A DNA stretch of 64,000 nt from an uncultured delta proteobacterium (GTDB lineage: Bacteria > Desulfobacterota > Binatia > UBA9968): the NCBI GenBank assembly GCA_963755715.1, contig CAVWLW010000051.1, forward strand, positions 56,240-120,239, given 5' to 3'. Of this stretch, positions 30,961 through 41,833 are shown one piece after another (within the stretch, counting starts at the first letter, position 1; each line of letters starts with the position of its first letter). The translations under genes were made by a program, and so were the position numbers. A model generated the notes under the pieces. That model did no database searches and was not told the DNA's origin. It saw only the letters and a program-made list of their open reading frames with translations.

Positions 30961-32073
30961 TCAATGCATCAAAGCGTGCGCGATGATTTCGAAGCCGACG
31001 ATACCGAGGGTTATCAGCGAGGCGCCGAGGACCATCGCCGTTCGGCGCTTTTCCAGCGCGGTCATCGCGATTAGATGGGCGGGCACTTTGGCGGTCAATC
31101 TTAGTTGCCGCGCTTGCCAGAGCGTATAGAGATTGGCCGCCGCCGCGAGAGTCGTCAAAATCAGCACGGGCACGCGAACCGCGCTCTGATCGAGAAAAGT
31201 GAGCGCGCCCGCCAAACCAAAGAGCCCGCCGACGCCCAGGGCCACGGCGAGAGGGCCGATGAGAGTCGCGATCGCGCAGGGAGCGCCCAAGATGCCAAAG
31301 ACGATCGCGCCCAAGCTCGTGCTTTGTTTTACGGCGCTCTCAGGGGCATCGTTAAGCAGAGGTTTTCTTGAATCGCCGTGGAGGCGAAACGCCGTCACCG
31401 GCTCGCGAAATCCTTTGAGCACGACCTGCTCAGATATCGCCTCCGGAAAATCCTCGGCGTGTTTGACGTAGCTTTCTTGATCGATCAGAATTTCCCCGGC
31501 GCCCGCCTTGCTTTGAAGGCGGGCGGCAAGATTCACCACGTCACCGATCGCGGTATAGTCTTTCGTGTCATCGGAGCCTAACCGGCCGACGCGAGCGTGC
31601 CCCGTGGCGATGCCGACGGAGGCTTTGAGTGGCAGCCCGAAGCGCGCGCCGAGATTTTTAAGCTCGGATTCTAGTTCCGTGGCCGCAAGGATCGCGCGCC
31701 GCGCGTGGTCGTTGTATCGAATCGGCACATTGAAAAGCGCCATGACGGCGTCGCCGACGTATTTATCGATAAACGCGCCGTGTTTCACCAACACGTCGGT
31801 GGCCATGCGCAGAAACGCATCGACCACCTCATGGGTTTTTTCCGCGCCGAGGTCTTGCGTCATTTCGGTAAAAGACGAGAGGTCCGCAAAGAGAACCGTG
31901 ATTTCCACCATCCGGCCCTCTTCGACGTGCGTGCCGCAGCGCGTGCAGATATTTGGATTGCGCGGGCTGCGCTTTATGCCGAAAGTGCGATAGACGGCGC
32001 TGGCGGCGCCCGAGAGCATCGTGCCGCAGATGCTACATTGAGCGGCAAGTTGAGAATGATCGTGTGCCGGCAT
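30961..32073 (-). CDS. Class III adenylate cyclase with N-terminal Cys4 ribbon and C-terminal membrane domain
   Basis: LFADLSSFT, IDKYVGDAVMA, YTAIGDVVNLAARL; CSIC...CTRC; three C-terminal TM segments. Confidence 0.88.
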   Translation of the reverse strand: MPAHDHSQLAAQCSICGTMLSGAASAVYRTFGIKRSPRNPNICTRCGTHVEEGRMVEITVLFADLSSFTEMTQDLGAEKTHEVVDAFLRMATDVLVKHGAFIDKYVGDAVMALFNVPIRYNDHARRAILAATELESELKNLGARFGLPLKASVGIATGHARVGRLGSDDTKDYTAIGDVVNLAARLQSKAGAGEILIDQESYVKHAEDFPEAISEQVVLKGFREPVTAFRLHGDSRKPLLNDAPESAVKQSTSLGAIVFGILGAPCAIATLIGPLAVALGVGGLFGLAGALTFLDQSAVRVPVLILTTLAAAANLYTLWQARQLRLTAKVPAHLIAMTALEKRRTAMVLGASLITLGIVGFEIIAHALMH

Positions 32074-32173
32074 GGCAAAGAAAAGTAACCAAGCCGCGCG
32101 GCGCTGTCAATGCGATTGCATTCGCTTTGCAAATACAGGAATAATGCGGCGACTTTTCAGGAGGTTGGTAGTC

Positions 32174-32524
32174 ATGTCGGAACACTACCATGATGAAAAT
32201 GATTTGAAGTTGATGCGCGACATGCGCAAGCTCGCGCCGGATGATTTCAACGCGTGGCTCGGGCTCAACAATATCGTCGGGCGCGATAACGGCGCCATTC
32301 CTAAAAAATACCGCGAATTGATCGCGATTGCGGTGTCGTGCACGACCCAGTGTCCCTATTGCTTGGAGGCGCACGCAAAGGCGGCGCAGGGGGCCGGCGC
32401 GACGCGCGAAGAAGTGGTCGAAGCGTCGCTCATCGCCGCCGCTTTGCGCGCCGGCGGCGCGGCCACGCACGGCACTATGGCGCTCAAATTCTTCGATAAG
32501 CAGGCGGAGCCAAAAAAAGCGTAA
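32174..32524 (+). CDS. AhpD/carboxymuconolactone decarboxylase family protein
   Basis: KYRELIAIAVSCTTQCPYCLEAH. Confidence 0.92.
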   Translation: MSEHYHDENDLKLMRDMRKLAPDDFNAWLGLNNIVGRDNGAIPKKYRELIAIAVSCTTQCPYCLEAHAKAAQGAGATREEVVEASLIAAALRAGGAATHGTMALKFFDKQAEPKKA

Positions 32525-32551
32525 GATTGTTTTGCGCGATCGATTCTAATC

Positions 32552-33010
32552 TTGAAGATAGCGCTGAGGAATCTCGCCGCAGTTGTCATCGTCATGCCGC
32601 TTTTTTCATGCGCCGGCAGCAAACCGACAAATCTCGGAGTCAAAGATTCACGCATGGCGCCGTGTCCACCGACGCCGAATTGCGTATCGAGCGATGCGAC
32701 TGATGCCGCACACTTGGTTACGGCGTTTCAGCTTGCTGTCCCCTCCACGGATGGCTGGCGAACGGCGCGAGCGGCGGTGGCTAATCTACCGCGAACCCGG
32801 ATCGTCAGCGAAACCGATGAGTATCTCCACGCCGAGTGCAGCAGCGCGGTTTTCGGTTTTGTCGACGATATCGAGCTTCACTTGCGTCCGGTTCAAGGCA
32901 TAATCGCTGTGCGCTCGGCGGCGCGTCTCGGCCATAGCGATTTTGGCGTGAACCGTAAACGGGTGGAAAAACTTCGTTTGCTTCTGCGAAATCAGGGCGT
33001 GATTCGTTAG
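32552..33010 (+). CDS. DUF1499 family lipoprotein
   Basis: CPPTPNCVSS, FGFVDDIE, RLGHSDFGVNRKRV; lipobox FSC. Confidence 0.92.
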   Translation: MKIALRNLAAVVIVMPLFSCAGSKPTNLGVKDSRMAPCPPTPNCVSSDATDAAHLVTAFQLAVPSTDGWRTARAAVANLPRTRIVSETDEYLHAECSSAVFGFVDDIELHLRPVQGIIAVRSAARLGHSDFGVNRKRVEKLRLLLRNQGVIR

Positions 33011-33082
33011 TTCACTGCTGTGACAGGCGCGCCGCATCGACGCGGACGTAGCCGTCGACGAATATATTATTTTTGGCACCGC

Positions 33083-34400
33083 TCATGGCATGTCATAGGT
33101 ACGCGGGAAGATGACGCGAAAGGCGCTGCCATCGGCCGAACTCCGTAGTTAATTCCAGGGTGGCATCCAAAAGCTCGCAGAGCCGTTTGACGATCGTGAG
33201 GCCGATGCCTTCGCCGGGCTGCTGCGGCGCCTGGCGCTGCGTCGGATGTGGCGTAACCGTTGAAACCGGTTGCCCTTCGAGTGCCGACTTTGAGCTTTGT
33301 TCGACTGCTTCTGCTTCGAGAGTCGATGCCTCGATAGTTCTAGAGAGCGGCCCGGAGGCGCCGCTCTGAAATCCTGGGCCTGTGTCCTGTACGAAAAAGG
33401 CCCAGCGACGCAGTCCCTCTTTTTCGAGCGCTTCCCAACCGATCGTCACACCGCCGTCTCTGGTATATTTGAGCGCGTTCCAGATCAGATTTTGCGCGAT
33501 ACGTTGGATATTGATCGCGTCCCCTTGGACCAACAAGGATGGCGGCCCCTGAACGCGCAGGAATAGCCCCCGTTCTGCCGCCAAGGGTTGAAAGGACTCG
33601 CTTAACTCCTTCAGAATCAAGGCGGCGTCGATCGGGTGCACATCGCGCTGTTCTTGTCCGGCTTCCAGTCTCGATAAGACCAATAGATTGTTCAAAAGGC
33701 CGTGCAATGACGAGACGCTTTTTTGCAGTAGGGTCAAGAACTCGGTTTTCAAGACCTCGTCGGCCTCTTCGTCGTGCAGCTGATCGGCGATATTTTTAAT
33801 CACGCCGAAACTGCCCCGAACGTCGTGCACGGCCCGGCGCCAAGTCTCGACCCGTTTGCGATCGAGTTCGCTCAAAGACTCCAACGCTTGCTCCAGATCT
33901 TGGATGCGGGCCGCCGCCTCCACTTGCTGAAGCTCGGCGTATCGCATGGCGCTTTCGTTGACGCCGTTGCTACACAGCTCGGCCAGAGCGCGGCGTGCGA
34001 CCGACATGGCCCCGCCACTCTCGATCCCAGGGCTCAGCTCGGAATAATTTTCTAATTCATTCACTAGAACAATATGCAGATGGCTCCATTCGCGCATCAC
34101 GTCGCGCTGATTATAGCCATGATGCCAGCGATGCAGCCCATGTTCGGCGGCATGTTCTTTTTGCTCTTGGGCCGCCTCCGCCTTCTCCGACAAATAACGC
34201 GCGCGCAACATCTGGTCGAAGGCGTCCAGCACGGCCGGAATATGATCGTAGAATTCTTTGCGTGCCAGCGTCGATGCGCTGGTGAGGGCAGGATCTTCGT
34301 CGACGGCGTGCCGCCAGTTTTTCAGGATGGAATCGCGTCGACTTAGAAGGTGGTCGGCGAGCGTGCCGATTTGCTCGTTTATCTGTTGATCATTGTTCAT
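33083..34400 (-). CDS. Soluble sensor histidine kinase (RsbRD_N-like N-terminus), probable frameshift near the 3' end
   Basis: HDVRG H-box, NLIWNALKY, DTGPG, GEGIGLTIV; shifted frame gives GSAFRVIFP. Confidence 0.88.
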
Positions 34401-34552
34401 TGCGGGGCTGCGGGAGATGAAAGAGTCGTTATTGATTCCTTACTCTTTACGGAACGCGAAAGCAATTTACTGAGCGGAAAAGACAGCACTTGCATCGACC
34501 GATAATCAACGGTAACCCATTGTAGACTGGGTCGCGGTAAGGACCAATTGCC

Positions 34553-35605
34553 ATGCTGAGCTATGACGTTGTCGAATGGGGTAAGCCACTCGAAAAGATC
34601 GCGCATGAAACGCCGGTGCCGCGGGGCACCGAGGTGCTCGTGCGCCTCAAATACTGCGGCGTGTGCCACAGCGATGTGCACATCCGTGAAGGCTACTTCG
34701 ATCTCGGTGGTGGCAGGCGCTTGCACATGAGCGAACGTGGCATGCAGCCGCCGGTGACGCTGGGCCATGAGCCGTTCGGCACTGTTATCGCTGCTGGGTC
34801 GGAGGCAAGCGATGCGCCCATCGGCGCCGACCGTCTCGTCTATCCATGGACGGGCTGCGGTGAATGCGCGCGCTGCGGCGAAGGCTTGGACAATTACTGC
34901 ATGGCGCCGCGCATGATCGGCATCCAGCGGCCGGGCGGCTACGCCGACCATTTACTCGTGCCCCATCCGCGCTATCTCATCGACGCGCGCGGCATCGATC
35001 CGGTGTGGGCCGCGACCTTGTCGTGTTCGGGATTGTCACCCTATGCCGCCGCGTCAAAGCTGCAGCCGATCCCGCGCGATGAGTGGATTGCAGTGATGGG
35101 CGCGGGCGGGCTCGGTCTTTCGGCGATCGGCATGTTGCGCGCGTTCGGTCATGAGAAAATCGTCGCGGTTGACATGGATCCAGCAAAACTATCAATGGCC
35201 GAAGCAGCCGGTGCCTCGGCGCTGCTCGATAATCGGAGCAAGGATGCGGCGGCCAAGCTTAAGCAAGTCACAGGCGGCGCGCTTTTCGGTGCGATCGACT
35301 TCGTCGGCGCCGCGGAGACAGCGCAGTTGGCTCTCGGCGCGCTGCGCAAAGGCGGCAAGCTCATTTTAGTCGGTCTGTTCGGCGGCGAGATTCCGCTCTC
35401 GATCGCGGGGACGATCCTGCGTGCGCTTACCGTTCAGGGCTCGCATGTCGGCAGCGTGGACGAATTGAAGGCCGTCGTCGCGCTCGCGCGCGCAGGTAAA
35501 ATCAAGCCAATCCCGATTCAGAAGCGGCCGCTGTCGGACGTGAGCCGAACGCTGGATGAGTTGAAGACGGGATCGATCACCGGCAGAGTGGTAGTGGAGA
35601 TTTAG
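34553..35605 (+). CDS. Zn-dependent alcohol dehydrogenase
   Basis: CGVCHSD, GHE, CGECARC...C, GAGGLG. Confidence 0.93.
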   Translation: MLSYDVVEWGKPLEKIAHETPVPRGTEVLVRLKYCGVCHSDVHIREGYFDLGGGRRLHMSERGMQPPVTLGHEPFGTVIAAGSEASDAPIGADRLVYPWTGCGECARCGEGLDNYCMAPRMIGIQRPGGYADHLLVPHPRYLIDARGIDPVWAATLSCSGLSPYAAASKLQPIPRDEWIAVMGAGGLGLSAIGMLRAFGHEKIVAVDMDPAKLSMAEAAGASALLDNRSKDAAAKLKQVTGGALFGAIDFVGAAETAQLALGALRKGGKLILVGLFGGEIPLSIAGTILRALTVQGSHVGSVDELKAVVALARAGKIKPIPIQKRPLSDVSRTLDELKTGSITGRVVVEI

Positions 35606-35629
35606 TTCGGATGTTGGGTCGTCGGTAAA

Positions 35630-36857
35630 ATGATCAACGACAAAAATGTCAATTCCTGGTTCTATGTCGTCTTGGCTGCCGCGGCGATGTTGATGATCAC
35701 GATGGGAGCGCGACAATCACAGGGATTATTCGTTTTTCCAATCAGCGGTTCGACCGGTGTTAGCATCGTCACGATCAGCTTCGCGATGGCCGTGGGGCAG
35801 TTTATGTGGGGTGCGGTGGCGCCGGTGGCCGGCGCGGTCGCCGATCGCTTTGGCCCGGCGCCCGTACTTGTTGAGCGGAGTGCTTATTCTCGCGTTGGGC
35901 ACGGCGCTGACACCTGTGTTAACGACAAGTTCCGGCCTCGTGTTCACGATCGGGATACTCACCGCGATCGGCGCGGGTGCTGGAAGCTTTTCAATGCTGA
36001 TTGGAACCGTGATGGGAAGGTTGCCGCCGGCGCATCGTGGGACCGCCGCGGGAATCATCACTGCGGGCGGTTCGTTCGGTCAGTTTGTCTTCGCGCCGAT
36101 CGCGCAAACGTTGATTTCCACGTGGGGGTGGATGACCGCGATGTGGTCTCTGAGCGTCTTCTCGCTCGCCGCGCTGCCGCTGATCCGTCCGATTAGTGGG
36201 AGATCGTTGAATGGCGATGCGGAAAGACCCAGCCCCGCCGATGGCGGGTTAGGCGACGCTGTAAAAAATGCGTTTGCCGACCGGAGTTATCTACTCCTGC
36301 ACGCGAGCTTTCTCACCTGTGGTTTTCACATTGCGTTTCTGGTGACTCATTTACCAGGGGAAGTGGACCTTTGTGGCTTGCCGGCTTCGGTCGCAAGCTG
36401 GTCACTGGCGATCATCGGACTAGCCAATATTGCCGGAAGTTTCACCGCCGGCTGGCTGCTCGGCCGCTATCGCGGCAAGGACGTGCTGTTTTGGATGTAC
36501 GGCTCGCGCACGATGTTGATCTTATTTTATCTGCTTGCACCGAAGATGGAGTGGACCTTTTACTTATTGGCGGTCGGTCTTGGTTTTTCCTGGTTGGGCA
36601 CGGCACCGCCGACGGCCGGAGTCGTCGGCAAGTTGTTCGGCACGCGCTACCTCGCGACGCTTTATGGCTTGACGATGGTGTCGCATCAGGTCGGCGCCTT
36701 TTTCGGCGCGTGGCTGGGTGGTGTGGCATTTAGCCAATCTGGCAATTACCTGTGGATGTGGTACGCGGATGCATTGTTTGCCATGATCGCGGCGCTGCTC
36801 AATCTGCCGATCCGCGAGCCGCGCCTGCAGACGATGGCGGCCACGGCACGCGCGTAG
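35630..36857 (+). CDS. MFS transporter, frameshift near 35870
   Basis: MGARQSQGLF, GAVADRFG, FLTCGFHIAFLVTHLP, HQVGAFFGAWLGG. Confidence 0.88.
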
Positions 36858-36876
36858 GGGCGTATGGCATACGCCC
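36854..36876 (+). repeat. GTAG-type REP element
   Basis: GTAG followed by the palindrome GGGCGTATG-G-CATACGCCC; supplies the MFS TAG stop. Confidence 0.7.
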
Positions 36877-37127
36877 GAGTTGTGTGATTTGACCATCGAG
36901 GACGATCGTTCCGTCGTAGATAGATTCCAATTCAGAGCTCGACGCAGTTGTATCCATCCGTTCGCCTCTCTCTTCGGCAAGCCTCCGTCTTGATTGGTTT
37001 AGCGCCTGTAACCAGCGGTTACACGCGGTGCAACTCTTGGTTACTCCGCATTCCCCTCGCGTCCGTCCGAAGATCGGTTTGGGCCGCTAAACCGCACGTT
37101 TAGCGAAGCATGCAAGAAAAGATCTCT

Positions 37128-37143
37128 TGGCATCAAGCTTGCT
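37128..37143 (+). promoter_or_regulatory. Sigma-54 promoter of the GrpB-like gene
   Basis: TGGCAT-CAAGC-TTGCT. Confidence 0.65.
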
Positions 37144-37205
37144 CATTGCGTAATGCAAGTTTTCAACTCTGCAGTCTTGATGAGAGACTAAAGGAAAATG
37201 CCGGT

Positions 37206-37826
37206 ATGAATCATGACTCGCACGGGTTGTCGTGGCAATTGTCGCCGCGGCAAATGCACGGAGGATTTACAGGCCAGCCTAGCCCGCGCATGCCGATTGG
37301 TCTATATAAGCTGACGGCCGTCGAGTATCTGCCGCATAATTCCGAGTCGCGACGGGTTGCGCAATCGATCGCCGGACTAATCACTACGCCCGCCAACAAC
37401 TTGCAAATCGAACACGTCGGGAGCACGGCGGTGCCGGGTTGTTGGGGGAAAGGCATTATTGATTTGCTGGTCGCGTACCCGACAGGCGGTCTGAAGTCGG
37501 CACGGCAGGCTCTCGACCGCATCGGATTTCAACGTCAAGGTGGTCCGACACCCTTTCCCGAGTCGCGTCCAATGCGAGTCGGAAGCTTCGCACACTTCGG
37601 CCGCAGCTATCGGATTCACGCTCACGTGATGGAATCCGGCAGTGCGGAGGCGCATGATCTGATACGCTTTCGCGATCTGCTGCGTCAAGACATCGATTTG
37701 CGGCGCGCTTATGAGGCGGAAAAGCGGGCGATACTCGCGCGCGGCATTACCAAGGGCAACGAATACTCCGAGGCCAAGGGCGAGTTCATTCGGCGCGCGC
37801 TCGGCAATCGCCCAAAACGTTTGTGA
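37206..37826 (+). CDS. GrpB family (nucleotidyltransferase-fold) protein
   Basis: IEHVGSTAVPG, KGIIDL, FRDLLR, YEAEK, YSEAKGEFI. Confidence 0.88.
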   Translation: MNHDSHGLSWQLSPRQMHGGFTGQPSPRMPIGLYKLTAVEYLPHNSESRRVAQSIAGLITTPANNLQIEHVGSTAVPGCWGKGIIDLLVAYPTGGLKSARQALDRIGFQRQGGPTPFPESRPMRVGSFAHFGRSYRIHAHVMESGSAEAHDLIRFRDLLRQDIDLRRAYEAEKRAILARGITKGNEYSEAKGEFIRRALGNRPKRL

Positions 37827-37855
37827 AGCGGCTTATCTTATGCCTATAAAACAGA

Positions 37856-39067
37856 GTGCCTTTTTCTAAACTAGGTCTTTCACCTAAAGTGCTCGACGGC
37901 GTCGGCGCCGCCGGCTATACCGATCCGACACCGATTCAATTGCGCGCGATTCCCCTGATCCTGGCGGGCCGCGACGTGATCGGCTCGGCTCAGACCGGCA
38001 CGGGAAAAACCGCCGCGTTCGCGTTGCCGCTGCTCTCGCGTTTGGGCCAACGCGGCAAGCTGCGCGCGCTGGTGCTCGAACCGACGCGCGAGCTCGCGGC
38101 GCAGGTCGAAACCGCCATGCGCGACTATGGGCGCTTTACCGACTTACGTACGGCCGTAATATTCGGTGGCACCGGTTATGGACGGCAGGACCAGGCGCTC
38201 CGACAGGGCGTCGACATCGTGGTTGCGACTCCCGGCCGGCTGCTCGATCAAATGCAGCGCCGCATGTTGCGGCTCGACCAGATCGAAATCTTGGTTTTGG
38301 ACGAAGCGGATCGAATGTTGGACATGGGCTTTATGCCGGATGTGCGCAAGATCGTCGAACGCTGTCCGCGCAATCGCCAGACGATGCTGTTTTCGGCAAC
38401 GATACCGCCGGAGCTCGAGCAGCTGTGCCGATGGGCGTTGCGCAATCCGGAAACGATCGAAATCGGCCGGCGCGCGGCGCTGGCCGAGACGGTGACGCAC
38501 GCATTATATCCGGTGGACGTCGGCCAGAAACAAGAACTGCTGGAAGAATTGCTGCGGCGCACCGACTACGATCAGGTGCTGATTTTCTGCCGCACGAAAA
38601 ACGGGGCCGACCGCGTCGCGCGCAAGTTGCATCAGCAGAGCCACGCGGTGGCGGTGCTGCACTCGAGCCGCACGCAGCGCGAGCGCGAAAGCGCGCTTAG
38701 CGGATTTCGCAACGGCAGATACGAAGTCATGGTCGCCACCGATATCGCCGCGCGCGGCATCGACGTCGAGCAAATCAGCCACGTGATCAATTTCGACGTG
38801 CCGCATCACCCGGAAGATTACGTCCACCGCATCGGTCGCACGGGGCGCGCCCAGAACGTCGGTGACGCATTTACGATCATGACGGCCGAAGACCTGCAGG
38901 AGGTTTCTTCGATCGAGCACTTCATCGGCCAGAAAATTCCACGGGTCAAGTTGGAAGGATTCAATTACGCTTATTGCCGCCTGCTCGATCCCAATCCGAA
39001 ACCCGTATTCGGCGGCGGCCGCTCGGCGGGTAAAAGGTCCTACGGTCCCGGTCGGGGACGATGGTAG
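37856..39067 (+). CDS. rhlE: DEAD-box RNA helicase (RhlE-like)
   Basis: AQTGTGKT, PTRELA, DEAD, SAT, ARGID, HRIGRTGRA. Confidence 0.9.
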   Translation: MPFSKLGLSPKVLDGVGAAGYTDPTPIQLRAIPLILAGRDVIGSAQTGTGKTAAFALPLLSRLGQRGKLRALVLEPTRELAAQVETAMRDYGRFTDLRTAVIFGGTGYGRQDQALRQGVDIVVATPGRLLDQMQRRMLRLDQIEILVLDEADRMLDMGFMPDVRKIVERCPRNRQTMLFSATIPPELEQLCRWALRNPETIEIGRRAALAETVTHALYPVDVGQKQELLEELLRRTDYDQVLIFCRTKNGADRVARKLHQQSHAVAVLHSSRTQRERESALSGFRNGRYEVMVATDIAARGIDVEQISHVINFDVPHHPEDYVHRIGRTGRAQNVGDAFTIMTAEDLQEVSSIEHFIGQKIPRVKLEGFNYAYCRLLDPNPKPVFGGGRSAGKRSYGPGRGRW

Positions 39068-39251
39068 CGGCCAAGTGGCGGCTGTCTTTCAACGCATTCT
39101 CATTTGCTTTGATCATTCGCCAACTCGCTGACCCGCTCTCTTAGGATGGTGAGACAGGGTCGGTTTCGAGCCGAGTCATTTAATTCGTTCTCAAGTTTGG
39201 TAAAATTTCCGCGGTGTCTCGACCGAGACTCGCTTCGATCGTGCAGCTGCA

Positions 39252-39677
39252 ATGAATCAAACCTTTGATGTACGGGCTTTTGTTCAGGCCGCGGCGGATG
39301 CGATCATCGCCGCCGGCGCGGACGGGAAAATTCTTTATTGGAATGACGCGGCGACCCGGATCTTCGGTTTCACCGCGGCGGAAGCGCTCGGCCAATCCCT
39401 CGATCTGATTATCCCCGAGCGCTTCCGCGCGCGCCACTGGAACGGTTATCGCGAGGTCATGGCGACGGGAAAAACCAAATACCAATCCGATGTGCTGCGC
39501 GTGCCGGCACAGCACCGGGACGGCCGTGCGCTGTCGATCGCGTTTACCGTTAGCTTGCTTGAGCCTGAAGACGGCGAGCGCGTAATCGCCGCCATCGTGC
39601 GCGATGAAACCGGGAGATGGAACGAGGAGCGTGAGCTCAAGCGGCGTCTTGCCGAGCTGGAGCAAAGTCTAAAGTAA
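39252..39677 (+). CDS. Stand-alone PAS domain protein
   Basis: DAII...WNDAATRIFGF...GQSLDLIIPE...IVRD. Confidence 0.9.
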   Translation: MNQTFDVRAFVQAAADAIIAAGADGKILYWNDAATRIFGFTAAEALGQSLDLIIPERFRARHWNGYREVMATGKTKYQSDVLRVPAQHRDGRALSIAFTVSLLEPEDGERVIAAIVRDETGRWNEERELKRRLAELEQSLK

Positions 39678-39838
39678 AAGCCGCGACGATTCGCCGTCCC
39701 AACTTTCCACACCTTTCCACGCGCGCCAGTGAGATTCGTGTGACAAAGCACTCACTTGTGCGGTTGCGTATTTTGGGTTTGCCATCAGCGGCGCAATATT
39801 TTAAAAAAGTTTGCAAATCGATGACTCCAGGGGGCTCC

Positions 39839-40721
39839 ATGGCTGATGCGCAACCAGGCATTCTAGCGCCGGTACCGAGATTGGGCCGCTATCTGAATTT
39901 TTCATTAAAAGCCGGCGCAGAGCCGCGCCAGGCGCTGCTCAAGTTGATCGACGTGGCTGACGGCAATCAGACCGTCGTCGGCCTCGGCCAGCCGGCGGTT
40001 CTGGCGCTGGGAAAAACAATCCGAGGGATTGAAGCCTTTTCCGACTCATTTTGGCGGCGGACTGGTTTTGCCGTCGACTTCGTCCGCGTTATGGTGTTGG
40101 CTGCGCGGTCAAGATCGCGGCGATTTGCTGCATCAGTCGAAAAAGATCGCCGATACCGTGGCCGCAGCATTCAACTTGGACGGCGTCATCGATGCGTTTA
40201 GTTACAGCACGGGGCGCGATCTCACCGGTTACGAAGACGGCACGGAAAATCCGCAAGGGGACAAAGCCGTGGACGCGGCGATCGTCGCGGGCCAAGGCGC
40301 CGCTCTGGACGGTTCCAGCTTTGTGGCGGTGCAGCTCTGGGTGCACGACTTCAAGGCGTTCGACGCCATGTCGAGCGCAGATCAGGACAACGCGATCGGA
40401 CGGCGCAAAAGCGACAATAAAGAGTTAGTGGATGCTCCCGCTTCGTCGCACGTGAAGCGCACGGCGCAAGAGAGCTTCGCGCCCGAAGCCTTTGTTTTGC
40501 GCCGCTCGATGCCTTGGGCCGAGGGCATGCGCGGCGGACTCAACTTCGTCGCCTTCGGCAAATCGTTCGACGCCTTCGAAGCGCAATTAAAAAGAATGGT
40601 CGGTGCCGAAGACGGCATCACCGACGCGCTGTTCAAGTTTACCCAGCCGGTTTCAGGAAGCTATTTCTGGTGTCCGCCGATGACTCGCGCTAAACTAGAC
40701 TTAAGCGCGTTAGGGCTTTGA
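39839..40721 (+). CDS. Dyp-type peroxidase, frameshift near 40030
   Basis: QPGIL, DLTGYEDGTENP, SHVKR, LRRSMPW, YFWCP. Confidence 0.9.
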
Positions 40722-40819
40722 GTTTTCCGTCGAAGCCTTGCGTGGGACACGAACGATCGGGCGTGCGGCAATTGCTGGGTCCAACAGCCCGCGCGCGACC
40801 ACGCGTCACTCTGAACCCT

Positions 40820-41458
40820 ATGTACGTTCCATCACATTTCGCTGAAAGCCGCGTCGAGGTTCTCCATCAGTTGATCCGCGCGCGGCCGCTCGCCACCTTG
40901 GTGACGTTGAACGCCGACGGCTTGAACGCCAATCACATTCCCTTCGAGATCGATCCCGAACCGCTGCCGTTGGGGACCTTACGCGGCCATGTGGCCCGCG
41001 CCAATCCGGTTTGGCGTGCTTTTTCGCGAGAGGTCGAGGCGCTGGTGATTTTTCGCGGGCCGCAAGTTTACATCTCGCCGTCGTGGTATCCCAGCAAGAC
41101 CGAGAGCGGCGAAGTGGTGCCGACGTACAATTACATCGTGGCGCACGGCTACGGCGAAATGAAAATTGTTGACGATCGCGAGTGGCTGCGCGGCTTGGTC
41201 ACCCGGTTGACGAACCGCTTCGAGGCTGGCGGGGATGCGCCGTGGCAAGTGACCGACGCGCCGCCGGCATTTATCGACAAGCAACTCGGCGCCATTGTCG
41301 GCATCGAGATTGCGCTGACGAAATTGATCGGCAAATGGAAAGTCAGCCAGAATCGACCGGCTAAAGACCGCGACGGCGTCGTGCAAAAGCTAAGCGAATC
41401 GACCGACGCGGAAAGCGTGGCGATGGCACGGTGGGTGAAGGATAAAGCGCCGGCATGA
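40820..41458 (+). CDS. PaiB-like FMN-binding negative transcriptional regulator
   Basis: MYVPSHF, GHVARANP, YISPSWY, VPTYNY, GKWKVSQNR. Confidence 0.92.
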   Translation: MYVPSHFAESRVEVLHQLIRARPLATLVTLNADGLNANHIPFEIDPEPLPLGTLRGHVARANPVWRAFSREVEALVIFRGPQVYISPSWYPSKTESGEVVPTYNYIVAHGYGEMKIVDDREWLRGLVTRLTNRFEAGGDAPWQVTDAPPAFIDKQLGAIVGIEIALTKLIGKWKVSQNRPAKDRDGVVQKLSESTDAESVAMARWVKDKAPA

Positions 41459-41503
41459 GACCGTGCACCGAATATTTTCGCAGCGCCTAAGCCGTTCAAT
41501 AAT

Positions 41504-41816
41504 GTGATGACAACGACGCCAGCAGAGTCACCCGTTCGTGCTTTTGCCGCCAGGAAATCCGGCGAAGCGCTGCAATCGTATCGATTTGCGCTCGGCGGGG
41601 TAGCGCCGGGTGAAGTCAGCGTGGCGGCGTTCCCTCTGATTGAAGATAAAAAACCCCGGCGGCAGCGCGATTGGTTCGAACGAAATCCACGCCATGCTCT
41701 GTTTTTCCGCTGAGCCCAAGATCGTGCCGGCGATCGAGCAGTATCCGATGAAAGAGGTCAATCGCGCGCGGGCGAATCGGGTGCGCTATCGCGCTGTGCT
41801 GGCGAATGAGAATTGA
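41504..41816 (+). pseudogene. Internally deleted remnant of an Ahr/YjgB-like aldehyde reductase
   Basis: N-terminal VRAFAARKSGEALQSY joined to C-terminal VAAFPLI / GGSAIGS..AML..KIVPAIEQYPMKEVN..RYRAVL. Confidence 0.65.
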
Positions 41817-41833
41817 GGAGTTTTGTTGCATCG

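Noticed and set aside
40690-40721. Encapsulin cargo-loading peptide on Dyp
   Set aside because: LDLSALGL does not match the GSLxIGSL-type motif and no encapsulin gene is adjacent
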